A DNA stretch of 59,435 nt, counting the filler, from Asterionella formosa (Eukaryota), in assembly GCA_002256025.1 (NCBI GenBank). It is 8 parts of 8 records of this genome, joined end to end, with 100 filler letters (N's around TTAATTAATTAA, not from the genome) between each part and the next. Parts side by side here need not be neighbours in the genome. Positions count along the whole stretch, not along the records: positions 52,101 to 59,435 come from NKIB01012475.1; 7 more parts are not named here. One strand, 5' to 3'. This document shows positions 58,980 to 59,435 of this stretch, piece after piece. Under the pieces are notes generated by a model that was given only the letters and a program-made list of their open reading frames with translations, was not told the DNA's origin and ran no database searches. Within the stretch, counting starts at the first letter, position 1; each line of letters begins with the position of its first letter. Made by a program: the position numbers and the translations under genes.

Positions 58980-59435
58980 CTAATGGGTATAAGAATTATA
59001 AAATATCTCATCAATTGAACATGAGAAATTTCCCATTACCATGATAACAAACCATGATAAAATGATTATTAATTTTCGATTTTGTACAACTGCTTAACAC
59101 TTTTATTACTTTCTTAGATAGGATACACATGTCGCTAGCAAGTAGTGAAAGAAACGAACTTGTAGCTTTGATGTTCATTGCGAAATAGCTAAAATAGAAA
59201 ATCGGTGGAATCAAAATGGCGTTCGACCACAATAACAATATCTCCATGATTTCTTGCTGGATCAAAACTCGAGTAGTTCATACATAACCGTCGTACATCA
59301 AATAGACATATTCTATAATATCAGAAGCTGAAAACAACAATTGGTTTATAATTCGTGATTTATCTGTTGAAAACAGGCGTATCATCACTGTCATTATGTT
59401 ACCATGGTACTGGTACCTACCAAACCGGCAATCAT

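Noticed and set aside
531..59265. Numerous 60-170 aa ORFs antisense or out of frame to the called genes
   Set aside because: Shadow ORFs of real coding sequence or repeats, with no independent motifs

Overview
Eukaryotic nuclear DNA, most likely from a diatom (inferred from short GT-AG introns, an LCIB/theta-carbonic anhydrase, silaffin-like K/S/G motifs, diatom-style LRR proteins and CoDi-like Copia elements). The window is not one locus. It is eight contigs (7350, 7349, 7346, 7344, 7338, 7337, 7336, 7335 bp, sorted by decreasing length) joined by artificial 100-bp N/TTAATTAATTAA linkers, so gene neighbourhoods across linkers mean nothing. Housekeeping genes: ATP23, a TylF-like methyltransferase, TatD, an RRM protein, DPAGT1/ALG7, LAMTOR5, APC13, prenylcysteine oxidase, a divergent P450 reductase-like diflavin enzyme and an HTTM protein. 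Surface proteins: two LRR membrane proteins and a giant secreted protein combining silaffin-like, Pro/Thr and SdrD-B-like repeats. Mobile DNA: a very young non-autonomous Copia element (6-bp TSD, palindromic non-tRNA PBS, two in-frame internal deletions), an old Copia with a -1 frameshift signal, a long-TIR non-coding element, Harbinger and Plavaka-like remnants, and a twin-hairpin/telomeric-repeat module. I found no multi-gene novel system that I can support. The most unusual items are the mosaic secreted protein, the compact Copia derivative, the twin TAGA-loop hairpins next to CCCTAA repeats, and the duplicated frameshift cassette. All family assignments come from recognising motifs by eye, not from database searches.
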